Source: Octopus sinensis (taxonomy: Eukaryota). From it: a stretch of 64,000 bases of DNA. The stretch's first letter is position 1, and the number at the start of each line of letters is the position of its first letter. The notes beneath the pieces are model-generated. The model ran no database searches and was not told where the DNA came from. It was given only the letters and a program-made list of their open reading frames with translations. Positions 1 through 10,806 of this stretch are shown here, piece after piece. A program made the position numbers and the translations under genes. The stretch lies in NCBI RefSeq assembly GCF_006345805.1, contig NC_042999.1, forward strand, positions 120,776,001-120,840,000, written 5' to 3'.

Positions 1-1231
1 AGACAATAAAATAGTCTTGTTCTATATTACCGAATACATGTACTACTAATTCCTTAGAAATACAAACACCTCGCTAGTTAACATATATGTACGAACCTCT
101 GTTTTTGTCACCATTCTTACTCTTTCAACAAAATCTTACACATACGCCCTTTCAACTTACGATTGTTAACCATTACTATCTCTCTGAATCACCCTCACTG
201 GCTATATTTTATTTTATTTATCGATACTATCTAGATACCATTTAGCATTAACGTGGTACAAAAAGGCATCGTCAGTTTAATGTACTAGGAAATATTTTGG
301 ATTCGTTGATGCTTCATTAATAAAAATAAAGTCTAGGTCAAAATGTAGTCACACAATACTTAGCGTGCATAAAATCACATGTCTAAATATTGTTTTAAAG
401 TAAGATGCTACGTACAAGTCTGTTACATTTCAGGTAGTCTTTTATTCGTTGAAAGGTTTCACTCACTGGATTACGACCGTGTCTGGTTATGGGATAAATA
501 CGACCAAAGAAATAATGGAAACTAGGCAGTAAAAAGTAACAATAATTTCTTAGAGTTGTAAATTTTGACGAGTCACCATAGAACATTTTATCTAATTATC
601 AAAATATGGCAATCTAAAAGAAAATACTGGAATAAATTAGTATCTATAGGAATAAGCTTTCAGGAGTGAGGAAAGTGAGCAAGAACATAATTCAAGACAC
701 AGACATTCTTTACAATTGACAAATCTTATCTGATTAGCAAAAAAGTACGTAATTTTTAACGAATATTTCTACAGCTAGGACTATCGGAAACTTTAAAGGT
801 TTTTATCAACCAACACTTCATATAGCCGCATCAGATATGATTAGGCAAAAACTACATGTGCACGTATTGAATTTCTAGTGTCTGTAACATAGGAATTCCT
901 GGCTGATTTATAGCATGACTTCCTCTTATTACTCTTTTCATTTCATTATCAATCACTTCGCAATTTCAATAACGTATAAATCTTGGCCCTTACATCAAAT
1001 AGCTTATTTTAATTTAATGATATAAATTAAATTTAAGTGCAGAGAGTTTTTGTGTCTTCTGGAAATATCTGAATATAAATCACCTTTATAAAATGTATTC
1101 TATAACAGTTTAGTTAATGAAAAAAAATAAATGTGTCCGCATATAGATTAGAATTGCAATATGAAAAATATTTAAAGTCAAAGTATATTGATATTCTAGA
1201 CACAGCAAACATTTCAACAAACTGTACAAAG

Positions 1232-1287
1232 CAAAATTTTGTGCAAATTAAGAACAAAATTTTGTGCAAATTAAGAACAAAATTTTG
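1232..1287. repeat. 23-bp tandem repeat, ~2.4 copies
   Basis: caaaattttgtgcaaattaagaa at 1232-1254 and 1255-1277, plus a partial copy to 1287. Confidence 0.9.
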
Positions 1288-2489
1288 AAAGTAATTTTAA
1301 TGTGAAGCAGTAGTACGTTTAACAGTGTTGAAGTGAAAAATGCTGTTAGATAATTCTCTTAGAGATATCAACTTCGTTAATCGTCATTCCAATCTAATAT
1401 TTTCATAAATCAGCGTCAAATATAATATTACGGAAACTATCTTTTGGTATAGAACAAATGAAATAAATAATTTATACAAATATGTTAAAAATCAGTTGAT
1501 GCGGTTGATGACCTTCACTTGAAATGACTGTCGTATAACAGCAGGGGATTTGGCTTTTGTTATTTAGTTTGTGAAAAATCAATGCAATAAAATTGCTTAT
1601 CGAGAAATTTGTTCAATGCTATTGCTTAGAAATTTGTAATAAAGTGTTTCAAATCAGGCACAGATAATTTTCGTATTTGACAGGGCTAATAACTTAAATC
1701 AGGAAAATTGTGCGCTCCTGAAAACATAATGTTCCTGGCAAATAAGCATAGGAACATGTTCGCATTTTGTCGATTTATTAATTTCACTACATTATTAAAG
1801 CTATAACAAAATACACTTTTCGATGTTCGTTTTTGACCCTTTGAATCCAAAGGGCTGATCACCCATTTCTGAATATTTTTTGCAACTACCATTGAAGCAG
1901 TTACCCCTGTAACATGCAATTCTAAAAAACTATCATTTTCTTTGCAACTAAAGCTCAAAATTGCTTCCATAATGCAACACATCAATTTTAATAATGGTCA
2001 TTTGAAAATATGACACCACAACCAGGAGTAATGATACTCAAAAACGAAATGAAGAACAGTACGAAACAAAATAAACTAATTTTATAAAATAAATGAAGAG
2101 GAAATTTGAAAAATAAATTAAGCTAACGAACATGTCTAGAGAGATAGTACCAGTTCTTCAAAAATCTGTAAATTCTCAAAAAGAATATCGGGTGTACATC
2201 ATTTGTGTAAGTAAGTTCTTAGAAAATATATTTGCAAAAGAGTTCAAATTTCTATCAGAATATATGTTGATAACATGAGTTTCAAATATTTTCTAGGCAG
2301 TAAAATATAGCTGCAAGGTTTCTGGACTTTGAACAAACAAGGTTATGGTTGAATTTTGAGAGCCAAATGAAATAAATTATACAACAAGCGCTCTGTTTTG
2401 TAGAGTAGAAAGAAATCTCCTAGACAGCCAATACTTCACTCTATCAATTTTTCTTGAAGCGAAAATATTGTTGTGTACTTCGTAGAAAT

Positions 2490-2591
2490 TAAAATCTCTC
2501 TCTCTGTCTCACTGTCTCTCTCTGTCTCTCTATCTCTCTCTCTCACACACTCACACATACACACTTTCTCTCTTTCCCTCTCTATCCTCTC

Positions 2592-2625
<34 letters not shown>
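2490..2625. repeat. (CT)n/(CA)n compound microsatellite
   Basis: Directly visible; explains the low-complexity ORFs at 2436-2745. Confidence 0.95.
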
Positions 2626-2627
<2 letters not shown>

Positions 2628-4084
2628 AAACTTGTATAAATCTAAAACCGTTCTTGCTAAAAGCAATTATCAAGCAGAGACAAGTGTTATAAAAAGAGGC
2701 ACTACTGATGAGAAGAAACTATATGTTATATCTATTTCTTATTGAATTATTTTAAATTTACTTACTTAAAATATATCTACATGTTTTGAACAAGTCAAAT
2801 AATAATTTTTATATAGACAAAAATTAATCGAGTGAACACCTTAAAACCTTTCGGTTAATGGAACTCACTTTCTAAACTATAATTCTCAGACGGAATATGT
2901 TATATGGTGCACATTATACTGGTCTACTGCAGTAAAAATAAATGTGTGAAATATATGACTAATCTTACTATACAACTATCTATGGCTTCTGAAAATTCTT
3001 AAATTATTGAACTTTATCATGTTGAGAAAGTTTTTACTTTTATGCAGAATCTTTTAAATGGCAGATAATCTATAAACAACTGAAACTGTTAACCCATCAA
3101 TTATATATATCATTCAGAATTATAAATTTACTACAAAACGTAATCGTTTTCTTTCTGAATAAATTGTTTCATATCCTTCAATGCAGTAGCATAGAATTTA
3201 AAGATAAAGCTTTATATTTGCGATATGAAATTTACTTGATTAAAATATCCATTTGAAATATTTTAAAATTAAAAGTAGAAATTAATTTACTAGTATTGCA
3301 GAAATCTATTCTTGCGTCAACAAGAGAAATACATCCATTACCATACGTATACATTTCCTATTCTCTGATTAAATATTCTGACACATATTCTCTTAGATTG
3401 ATAACGAATACCAAATTTTAGCGACTTGAATCGAGACATAAGTGTTTGATATGAATTTCTGTCATGTAAAATTTGGCATCGACTTCAGATGCGGCTCTAA
3501 TTTCAGCGTTTAGACATCTTTTATTTATTTTCACTGCATTTCCCATAAATGTCAGGTCCAATAGAGAATGAATTATGTATGAACGAGAGGAAATTGGCAG
3601 TACCAAATATATAATCATGAACAAATAAGGGATTTGCAGTAATTAATATTCTTGGTAGCCCCTTCATCACTTGACATCTGAAACGCTCTACTTAAACATT
3701 ACACAGCACTTTCCTTTTCATGTATTCTATATAATTTTCCATTTCATTATCCATATCATTTCGTCCTACCTTAGTGATTTTTCCAACTAATTCCGCATAA
3801 AAAGTATTTCACTCTCAAAGTGAACAGTACTAGCATCATATTAAAAGCTTCATTTTATTTTATTTTTACGCTATGAAGTGTTTTCACCAAATCACAGGCT
3901 ATTAGTTTTATTTGGTTTTTCACTATAAGTTGCTGGAGTAACTAAAGATTAATATTAATGAATTCAAGGCGTTCGTTAATGCTCAGCTTTTCCTTGACAC
4001 ACTTAGACATAATTTCAATAAATCATATGGTTAGCTAGAAAATTAAAAAGAAAGCATGTTTTCTTCTATATACACATATATTGT

Positions 4085-4545
4085 GAGAGTACATAGCCTA
4101 GTGGTTAGGGTGTTTGATATAGAGTACCACATTTGAGGTTCTAACTACTCTACTAGTTGACGTATATACACACGCTCACGCATACTTGTGGCTCCTGGTT
4201 CAAATCACTGCGTTGCACACTGGGTAAGTTCCGTCTCCTTTCATTTCGGGCCGGCCAAAGCCTTGTGAGTGGATTTAGTTAATAGAAATTAGAACGCCCT
4301 GATATTATTGTGGCAGGAGTCACGTGTGATTTTGTGCCTGTTTTAAGCCTCCACCAACACTGCTTGATAACCTGTGTTGGTGTATTTTGCCTCGTAAACT
4401 AGTGGTTCGGCAAAAGAGGCCAATAAAAAAAGTACCGCGCTTAAACAAAATACATACTGGAGTCGATTCATTCAACTAAAATTTTCCAGTGCGGTGCCCT
4501 AGCATGTCGCAGTCTGTTTACTGAAATAAGTAAAAGGTAAAAGGC
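4085..4545 (+). mobile_element. Degenerate tRNA-derived SINE (abundant family in this window)
   Basis: A-box-like tagcctagtggttagg and B-box-like ggttcaaatc. Body ccaaagccttgtgagtggattt, gtggttcggcaaaagag and tail gtaaaaggtaaaagg are shared with copies at 26950-27572, 39815-40945 and 42207-42681. Confidence 0.8.
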
Positions 4546-4629
4546 ATATATATATATCGGGTTGGCAAGAAGGCAATTTTGGTATTTAGCGTGAAATAAC
4601 AGCCTTCTTTTATATACAAATAATATACT

Positions 4630-4776
4630 CTTTTACTCTTTACTCTTTTACTTGTTTCAGTCATTTGACTGCGGCCATGCTGGAGCACCGCCTTTAGTCG
4701 AGCAAATCAACCCCGGGACTTATTCTTTGTAAGCCCAGTACTTATTCTATCGGTCTCTTTTGCCGAACCGCTAAGT
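4630..4776 (-). mobile_element. SINE 3' fragment inserted near the 3' end of the mariner transposase
   Basis: Reverse complement of the SINE tail: (cttttact)n tgtttcagtcatttgactgcggccatgctggagcaccgcc...gccgaaccgctaagt. Confidence 0.85.
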
Positions 4777-5633
4777 GATATATTTTTTCTGTTCGACGTC
4801 CTTTTGCCATCTTTCTAGCAATTTTATGATTCCACGCTCATAGAACTTCTGGTCCTTACCAGTCAAAAACTGAAGCAAGTGCGATTTCAGGGCATCATCA
4901 TTATTGATAATTTTACCATTCAAAGAATTCTGTAAATTTCGAAATAAATAGGAATCTGATGTTGCAAGGCCAGGGCTGTATGGTGGATGTGACATCACTA
5001 CCCAACTAGGCTCCAATAATTTTTCACGAATTAACAAAAATATGTGTCGTCTAGCTTTGTCATAGCGGAACACGATTCTTTTACGATTTGCTAATTCTGG
5101 CCGTTTTCCTTTGATTGCTTTCTCCAGTTTCATTAGTTGTTGACAGTAAACATCTGAATTGAACGTCTAGCTCCTTGGAAGCAGTTCAAAATACCCAACA
5201 CCTTTGTAATCCCACCAAATTGACATTATGACCTTTTTCGATGCAATTCAGCTTTTGATGTGGTTTGTGCTGGTTCATTATGCTTGGACCATGATCGTTT
5301 TCGATTGATGTTATTGTAGACAATCCATTCTTCCTCACCAGTTATGATTCGTTTCAAAATAACTGCAATCTCTCGTACAGTTATATGACAATCAGATTTA
5401 ATTATGGCTTTCATTCGCTCATCCTCAACTTCAGTTGGTCGACGAGAATGTTGGTCATCTTTGAGTGACAAATCTTCTGAACGGAATTTTTAAAACCATT
5501 TCTGTCATGAGCATTTTATTAAGCAATCATCACCACAAACTTCACATATTTCTTTGCGAGCCTCAGGAGCTTTCTAGCCTTTACGAAAATAAAAAAGCAA
5601 AATATGGCGAAAATGTTCGTTGTTGAGATCCAT
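4773..5633 (-). pseudogene. Mariner transposase pseudogene
   Basis: MDLNNEHFRHILLFYFRKG start, TVREIA..KRIITGEEEW, SIWWDYKG, HPPYSPGLATSDSYLF. Contains stops, frameshifts and an ~55-codon internal deletion between TVREIA and KRIITG. Confidence 0.92.
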
Positions 5634-5791
5634 GTTAAAATTGACACTTAACTAACAGCTGTAAACAAAATTAATGGCAATTTGCTTCTAAAATAAGCTA
5701 AAACGTAAAATATAAGATTGATAATGAAAATCGTTCAACAAAATCGTAACCCTGTTTGTGAAAAACGAAATTACTTTCTTATCGACCCAAT

Positions 5792-6005
5792 ATGTGTGTG
5801 TGTGTGTGTGTGTAGATAGACAGATAGATAGATATTACATATATGTACATATATTATATATATATTTATATATATACAGAGAGAGAGTGAGAGAGAGAGA
5901 GAGAGAGTGAGAGAGATTATTTAGTTAACTAGTGATATTATTTATGCAAATATATCACGGTAATGGTGAAGCAAGGAGGAAATAAAATTAGGACTCAGTA
6001 TAGAG

Positions 6006-6039
<34 letters not shown>

Positions 6040-6197
6040 TATTATTATTATTATTATTTAAAGAAGCGACAGAGGAACTCAAAATCGGTGATTCCGTGTG
6101 TTGGTAGTTATACTATATATATATATACAATTGGCTTTATGTTTGAGTGTAAAAGATGAAAAATGGTTATAGATTCGCTTTTTCATGTTTATCGAAC

Positions 6198-6274
<77 letters not shown>

Positions 6275-6283
6275 TGAGAGAGA
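5792..6283. repeat. Compound microsatellites (TG, AGAT, TA, GA, TTA) with short unique spacers
   Basis: Directly visible. Confidence 0.9.
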
Positions 6284-6669
6284 ACTATTAATTTAATATA
6301 ATATAATATATTTTACTATAAAATTGGATTTAATTCTAAATCTGATTTTTCCCTGTAAGTTTGGATTTATTCCTTAATATTTTATTATATATATAATTAA
6401 TTAATAAGGGTGAGAGAATTAGATACTAATTTAATAGTATATCTATTCAACACCAAGTGGCCTAGTGCTCCGAGAAACCTGGATTATTATAATATTTTAT
6501 AATATATTATAATATTTTTACAAAATAAATATAAGAGAGTGGTCACTATATGGCTCACTCTAGCACCAGTTAATCCAAAAGGTTTCAACCACAAAAGTAC
6601 ATGTTTCTCATGAAAGTCAGTACGATTGTTAGCTCATACGGACAGGGCAAATAAAAAATAAACAAAATA

Positions 6670-6765
6670 CAGATTATTTTGGGACAATTGTTTCGCTATT
6701 AATGAATTAAATGTAATATTACTTACAAAAAAATCCACTTGTAGCTCCTCAGCCAAAACTATCTG
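6670..6765 (-). ncRNA. Type I hammerhead ribozyme, family A copy 1
   Basis: Minus strand: cagatagUUUUGG CUGAGGA GCUA-(43 nt)-UAGC GAAAC AAUU GUC CCAAAAuaaucug; predicted cleavage after position 6683. Confidence 0.88.
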
Positions 6766-7204
6766 GATGAAATCCACTCAATCACACGCCAGACTTTACC
6801 ATAACGATAAATACACGTGTGGTTCAATTGATTACATCCGACGTTATAATTCAAATGCCCCTACTAACAGCGCGCCAAACTTTCACGGAAAACAAATACT
6901 GCATTTAGAAATAAATGTAGCATAATTATAATTAATTAATAAGGGTGAGAGAATTAGATACTAATTTAATAGTATGTCTATTCAACACCAAGTGGCCTAG
7001 TGCTCCGAGAAACCTGGATTATTATAATATTTTATAATATATTATAATATTTTTACAAAATAAATATAAGAGAGTGGTCACTATATGGCTCACTCTAGCA
7101 CCAGTTAATCCAAAAGGTTTCAACCACAAAAGTACATGTTTCCCATGAAAGTCAATACGATTGTTAGCTCACACGGACAGGGCCAATAAAAAATAACAAA
7201 AATA

Positions 7205-7300
7205 CAGATTATTTTGGGACAATTGTTTCGCTATTAATGAATTAAATGTAATATTACTTACAAAAAAATCCACTTGTAGCTCCTCAGCCAAAACTATCTG
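7205..7300 (-). ncRNA. Type I hammerhead ribozyme, family A copy 2
   Basis: Same motif as copy 1; predicted cleavage after 7218, 535 nt from copy 1. Confidence 0.88.
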
Positions 7301-7757
7301 GATGAAATCCACTCAATCACACGCCAGACTTTACCATAACGATAAATACACGTGTGGTTCAATTGATTACATCCGACATGGGAAACATGTACTTTTGTGG
7401 TTGAAACCTTTTGGATTAACTGGTGCTAGAGTGAGCCATATAGTGACCACTCTGTTATATTTATTTTTTAAAATATTATAATATATTATAAAATATTATA
7501 ATAATCCAGGTTTCTCGGAGCACTAGGCCACTTGGTGTTGAATAGATATACTATTAAATTAGTATCTAATTCTCTCACCCTTATTAATTAATTATAATTA
7601 TGCTACATTTATTTCTAAATGCAGTATTTGTTTTCCGTGAAAGTTTGGCGCGCTGTTAGTAGGGGCATTTGAATTATAACGTCGGATGTAATCAATTGAA
7701 CCACACGTGTATTTATCGTTATGGTAAAGTCTGGCGTGTGATTGAGTGGATTTCATC

Positions 7758-7853
7758 CAGATAGTTTTGGCTGAGGAGCTACAAGTGGATTTTTTTGTAA
7801 GTAATATTACATTTAATTCATTAATAGCGAAACAATTGTCCCAAAATAATCTG
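7758..7853 (+). ncRNA. Type I hammerhead ribozyme, family A copy 3
   Basis: CTGAGGA 7771-7777; stem II gcta 7778-7781 / tagc 7825-7828; GAAAC 7829-7833; palindromic stem III ACAATTGT; GTC 7838-7840; stem I ttttgg/ccaaaa extended by cagat/atctg. Confidence 0.9.
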
Positions 7854-8288
7854 TATTTTTGTTATTTTTTATTTGCCCTGTCCGTGTGAGCTAACATCGT
7901 ACTGACTTTCATGGAAACATGTACTTTTGTGGTTGAACCTTTTGGATTAACTGGTGCTAGAGTGAGCCATATAGTGACCACTCTCTTATATTTATTTTGT
8001 AAAAATATTATATATATTATAAAATATTATAATAATCCAGGTTTCTCGGAGCACTAGGCCACTTGGTGTTGAATAGATATACTATTAAATTAGTATCTAA
8101 TTCTCTCACCCTTATTAATTAATTATAATTATGCTACATTTATTTCTAAATGCAGTATTTGTTTTCCGTGAAAGTTTGGCGCGCTGTTAGTAGGGGCATT
8201 TGAATTATAACGTCGGATGTAATCAATTGAACCACACGTGTATTTATCGTTATGGTAAAGTCTGGCGTGTGATTGAGTGGATTTCATC

Positions 8289-8384
8289 CAGATAGTTTTG
8301 GCTGAGGAGCTACAAGTGGATTTTTTTGTAAGTAATATTACATTTAATTCATTAATAGCGAAACAATTGTCCCAAAATAATCTG
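8289..8384 (+). ncRNA. Type I hammerhead ribozyme, family A copy 4
   Basis: Identical motif; GTC ends at 8371, 531 nt from copy 3. Confidence 0.9.
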
Positions 8385-8639
8385 TATTTTTGTTATTTTT
8401 ATTGGCCCTGTCCGTGTGAGCTAACAATCGTACTGACTTTCATGGGAAACATGTACTTTTGTGGTTGAAACCTTTTGGATTAACTGGTGCTAGAGTGAGC
8501 CATATAGTGACCACTCTCTTATATTTATTTTATGATATATATATATATACTAGATCGTCATGTATGAAATTTGCAGGAAAAAATAATAGTTTGTGTCCGG
8601 GGAGAGTCATTTTCTTTTAGTGCCTTATAAAGAAAAGTT

Positions 8640-9545
8640 TGCAAATGTTTTATAAATACATGGAACAGTTTTATTCATCAAAGTATTCACCCATATTGTC
8701 AATGCATTTTTACCATTTCAGCAGTAGCTTGTCCAGTCCGGATCTGTAAAAGCCTGGCAATCTAGAGTCAATAAAATCTTGGAAGGCCTGCTTTACAGCA
8801 TCTTCGGAATTAATTTTTTTCCAGTCAATAAGTTATCCAAATTTTGAAAGAAGTGGTAGTCATTGGGAGCAAGATCAGATGAGTATGGTGGATGATGATG
8901 AACTTCCAACTCCAACTCCTGTAGTTTCGCAAATGTCATTTTTGCGATATGTGTTCTGGCGTTGTCTTGCAATAAAATAGGAGTGGATCTGTTGACTAAT
9001 CAAGTCTGCTTTTGTAAATTTCTACATTGTTTGGTCCAGTTGGCTCCAGTATACTGTGATTGATGAGGCGGGTCTAATGAAATTATAATGGATCACACCT
9101 GCGCCAGACGACCAAACACACACCATCAGCTTCCTTTGATGAATTTTGCCTTTTGGACTGTGTTTTGGTGGCTCGTCTTTGCCCAATCATTGGGCTGAAC
9201 GTTTACGGTTGTTGTATTGAATCCATTTCACATCGCATGTTACAATTCCATTCAAAATGATTCATTTTTGTGACGAGAAAGTAGCATAATGCAGGCTTCC
9301 AAACCTTGCTGTTTCTGATTTTCATTGAGTTCATTTGGAACTCACTTATCCAAAATTTTCATTTCACCGATTTGAACTAGGTGAGTCAATATTGTTTGCT
9401 TGCTAACACCAAACATCAACGAAAATTCACGGGCACTTTGAGATGGATCTGACTCGACAGTGGCTTTCAGTTTGTCGTTATCCACCTTTGTTTCTGGTCG
9501 ACTACGCTGCTCATTTCCACCATCAAAGTTCAAGTGTGGCACATA
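8640..9545 (-). mobile_element. Second mariner remnant (cecropia/Hsmar1-like), 5'-truncated
   Basis: Minus translation HPPYSSDLAPNDYHFFQNLDNLLTGKK...CIDNMGEYFDE* and SRPETKVDNDKLKATVESDPSQSAREF. Confidence 0.88.
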
Positions 9546-9551
9546 TAATAG

Positions 9552-9867
9552 CTAGTTTCGAAAATACTTAAATGTACGTCTGACGCTATGCATGCATGAT
9601 ACCCTTAGGTCTAATCTATTATTGATCAGGTTGTTCTTGTCCCTATACTCAAAAATTTCATAAGTTTCCATACAACACAGTGCACACATGTATCGACTAC
9701 CTCTATAAGGCTGCGCTTTCTTTATTATATCCCATTTAAGGCAAAATTTGATCCCGCATTCCTTCGGTTCCCAAATCTTGCTATATAAGGACGTACAATT
9801 GGCTTTATGTTTGAGTGTAAAAGATGAAAAATGGTTATAGATTCGCTTTTTCATGTTTATCGAACAT

Positions 9868-9870
<3 letters not shown>
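9552..9870 (-). pseudogene. Penelope-like element GIY-YIG endonuclease, C-terminal fragment
   Basis: KKRIYNHFSSF..KANCTSLYSKIWE..KWDIIKKAQPY..CALCCMETYEI..LINNRLDLRVSCMH matches the PLE endonuclease C-terminal pattern. Confidence 0.8.
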
Positions 9871-9946
<76 letters not shown>

Positions 9947-10159
9947 TTAAATTTCTAAATATCTCATAGAGATATGTACGGTGGTGGAGCGATAGAGTGG
10001 TTGTATACTGTCAACTTAACGTGACAGTCCTGTAAAGGAATTACATCACCGCTGTTTAGCCCTAGGAAGCATCGACGCTTCCTGTCGGCCTTGACACATT
10101 TCCTGTGTCCTTATATATTTACGAAGGGGAGACAAACACCCCCAACAGTTAGGCCTGCA

Positions 10160-10205
10160 TCTAGAGACATGCATGTTTCTGGGTCTTGCCCATCATCAGT
10201 CTAGA
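10160..10205 (-). ncRNA. Minimal type I hammerhead ribozyme, family B (intact copy)
   Basis: Minus strand: UCUAGA CUGAUGA UGGG-CAAGA-CCCA GAAAC AUGCAU GUC UCUAGA. Stems I and II pair perfectly; stem III is the palindrome ACAUGCAUGU. Confidence 0.9.
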
Positions 10206-10378
10206 GTAGCAGAGGCCTGCTAGCTGAAGATATTTGTCTAGACTTCGTAAATATATATATATATTTTCAGAAATTTAATATTTCTGATTTTGGTAATCAG
10301 TGAATAAACTTCACTGAAAATATATATATATATTTACGAAGTCTAGACAAATATCTTCAGCTAGCAGGCCTCTGCTAC

Positions 10379-10424
10379 TCTAGACTGATGATAGGCAAGA
10401 CCCAGAAACATGCATGTCTCTAGA
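10379..10424 (+). ncRNA. Minimal type I hammerhead ribozyme, family B (one stem II mismatch)
   Basis: tctaga CTGATGA taggcaagaccca GAAAC atgcat GTC tctaga; a G>A change gives an A-C mismatch in stem II. Confidence 0.82.
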
Positions 10425-10599
10425 TGCATGCTTAGCTGTTGGGGGTGTTTGTCTCCCCTTCGTAAATATATAAGGACACAGGAAATGTGTCAAGGCCGAC
10501 AGGAAGTGTCGATGCTTCCTAGGACTAAACAGCGGTGGTATAATTCCCTTACAGGACTGTTACGTTAAGTTGACAGTATACAACCACTCTCTCTCTATA

Positions 10600-10745
10600 T
10601 ATATATATAAAGTTACCAGCCTCAGTTATGATTGTAGATTTAGAAATTACGTTTTGGATTAGACATTCGCCTAATAACGGACAGTGGAATTTAACTCTAA
10701 AATTGCAACCAGGAGCATTACTACTATTAATATTATTGATATCCC
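10600..10745 (-). pseudogene. Penelope-like element fragment upstream of the YIG motif
   Basis: PGCNFRVKFHCPLLGECLIQNVISKSTIITEAGNFIYI resembles the PLE CNC..CPL.G.CL..NVIY pattern; continues at 9870 after the insertion. Confidence 0.75.

Positions 10746-10806
<61 letters not shown>

Larger units (their letters stand above)
4557..5790 (-). mobile_element. Mariner DNA transposon (mellifera-subfamily-like), decayed, with both TIRs
   Basis: Imperfect TIRs tcgggttggcaagaaggcaattttgg (4557) and aaaaacgaaattactttcttatcgacccaa (5761-5790), each flanked by TA; transposase remnants inside. Confidence 0.92.
6391..8531. mobile_element. Hammerhead-bearing ~533-bp non-coding repeat (retrozyme / PLE pLTR-like) in two divergent tandem arrays
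   Basis: Near-identical unit at 6391-~6930 and ~6931-7377. Orientation flips at 7378, and inverted units start at 7378, 7911 and 8442. Each complete unit carries a hammerhead core. Confidence 0.85.
9994..10590. repeat. ~277-bp inverted repeat pair with a ~43-bp spacer, each arm carrying a hammerhead
   Basis: 9994-10270 is the reverse complement of 10314-10590, with scattered substitutions. Confidence 0.95.

Noticed and set aside
2700-2735. CTGATGA-gaa-GAAAC-tatat-GTT hammerhead-like string
   Set aside because: No stem II can form and the stem I flanks (acta/atat) do not pair; likely chance
8277-8468. 63-aa ORF in the repeat unit
   Set aside because: Not protein-like and overlaps the ribozyme; the unit appears non-coding
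6391-8531. CRISPR-like or simple satellite interpretation of the repeat array
   Set aside because: Units are ~533 bp without unique spacers, the context is eukaryotic, and the ribozyme core explains the periodicity better
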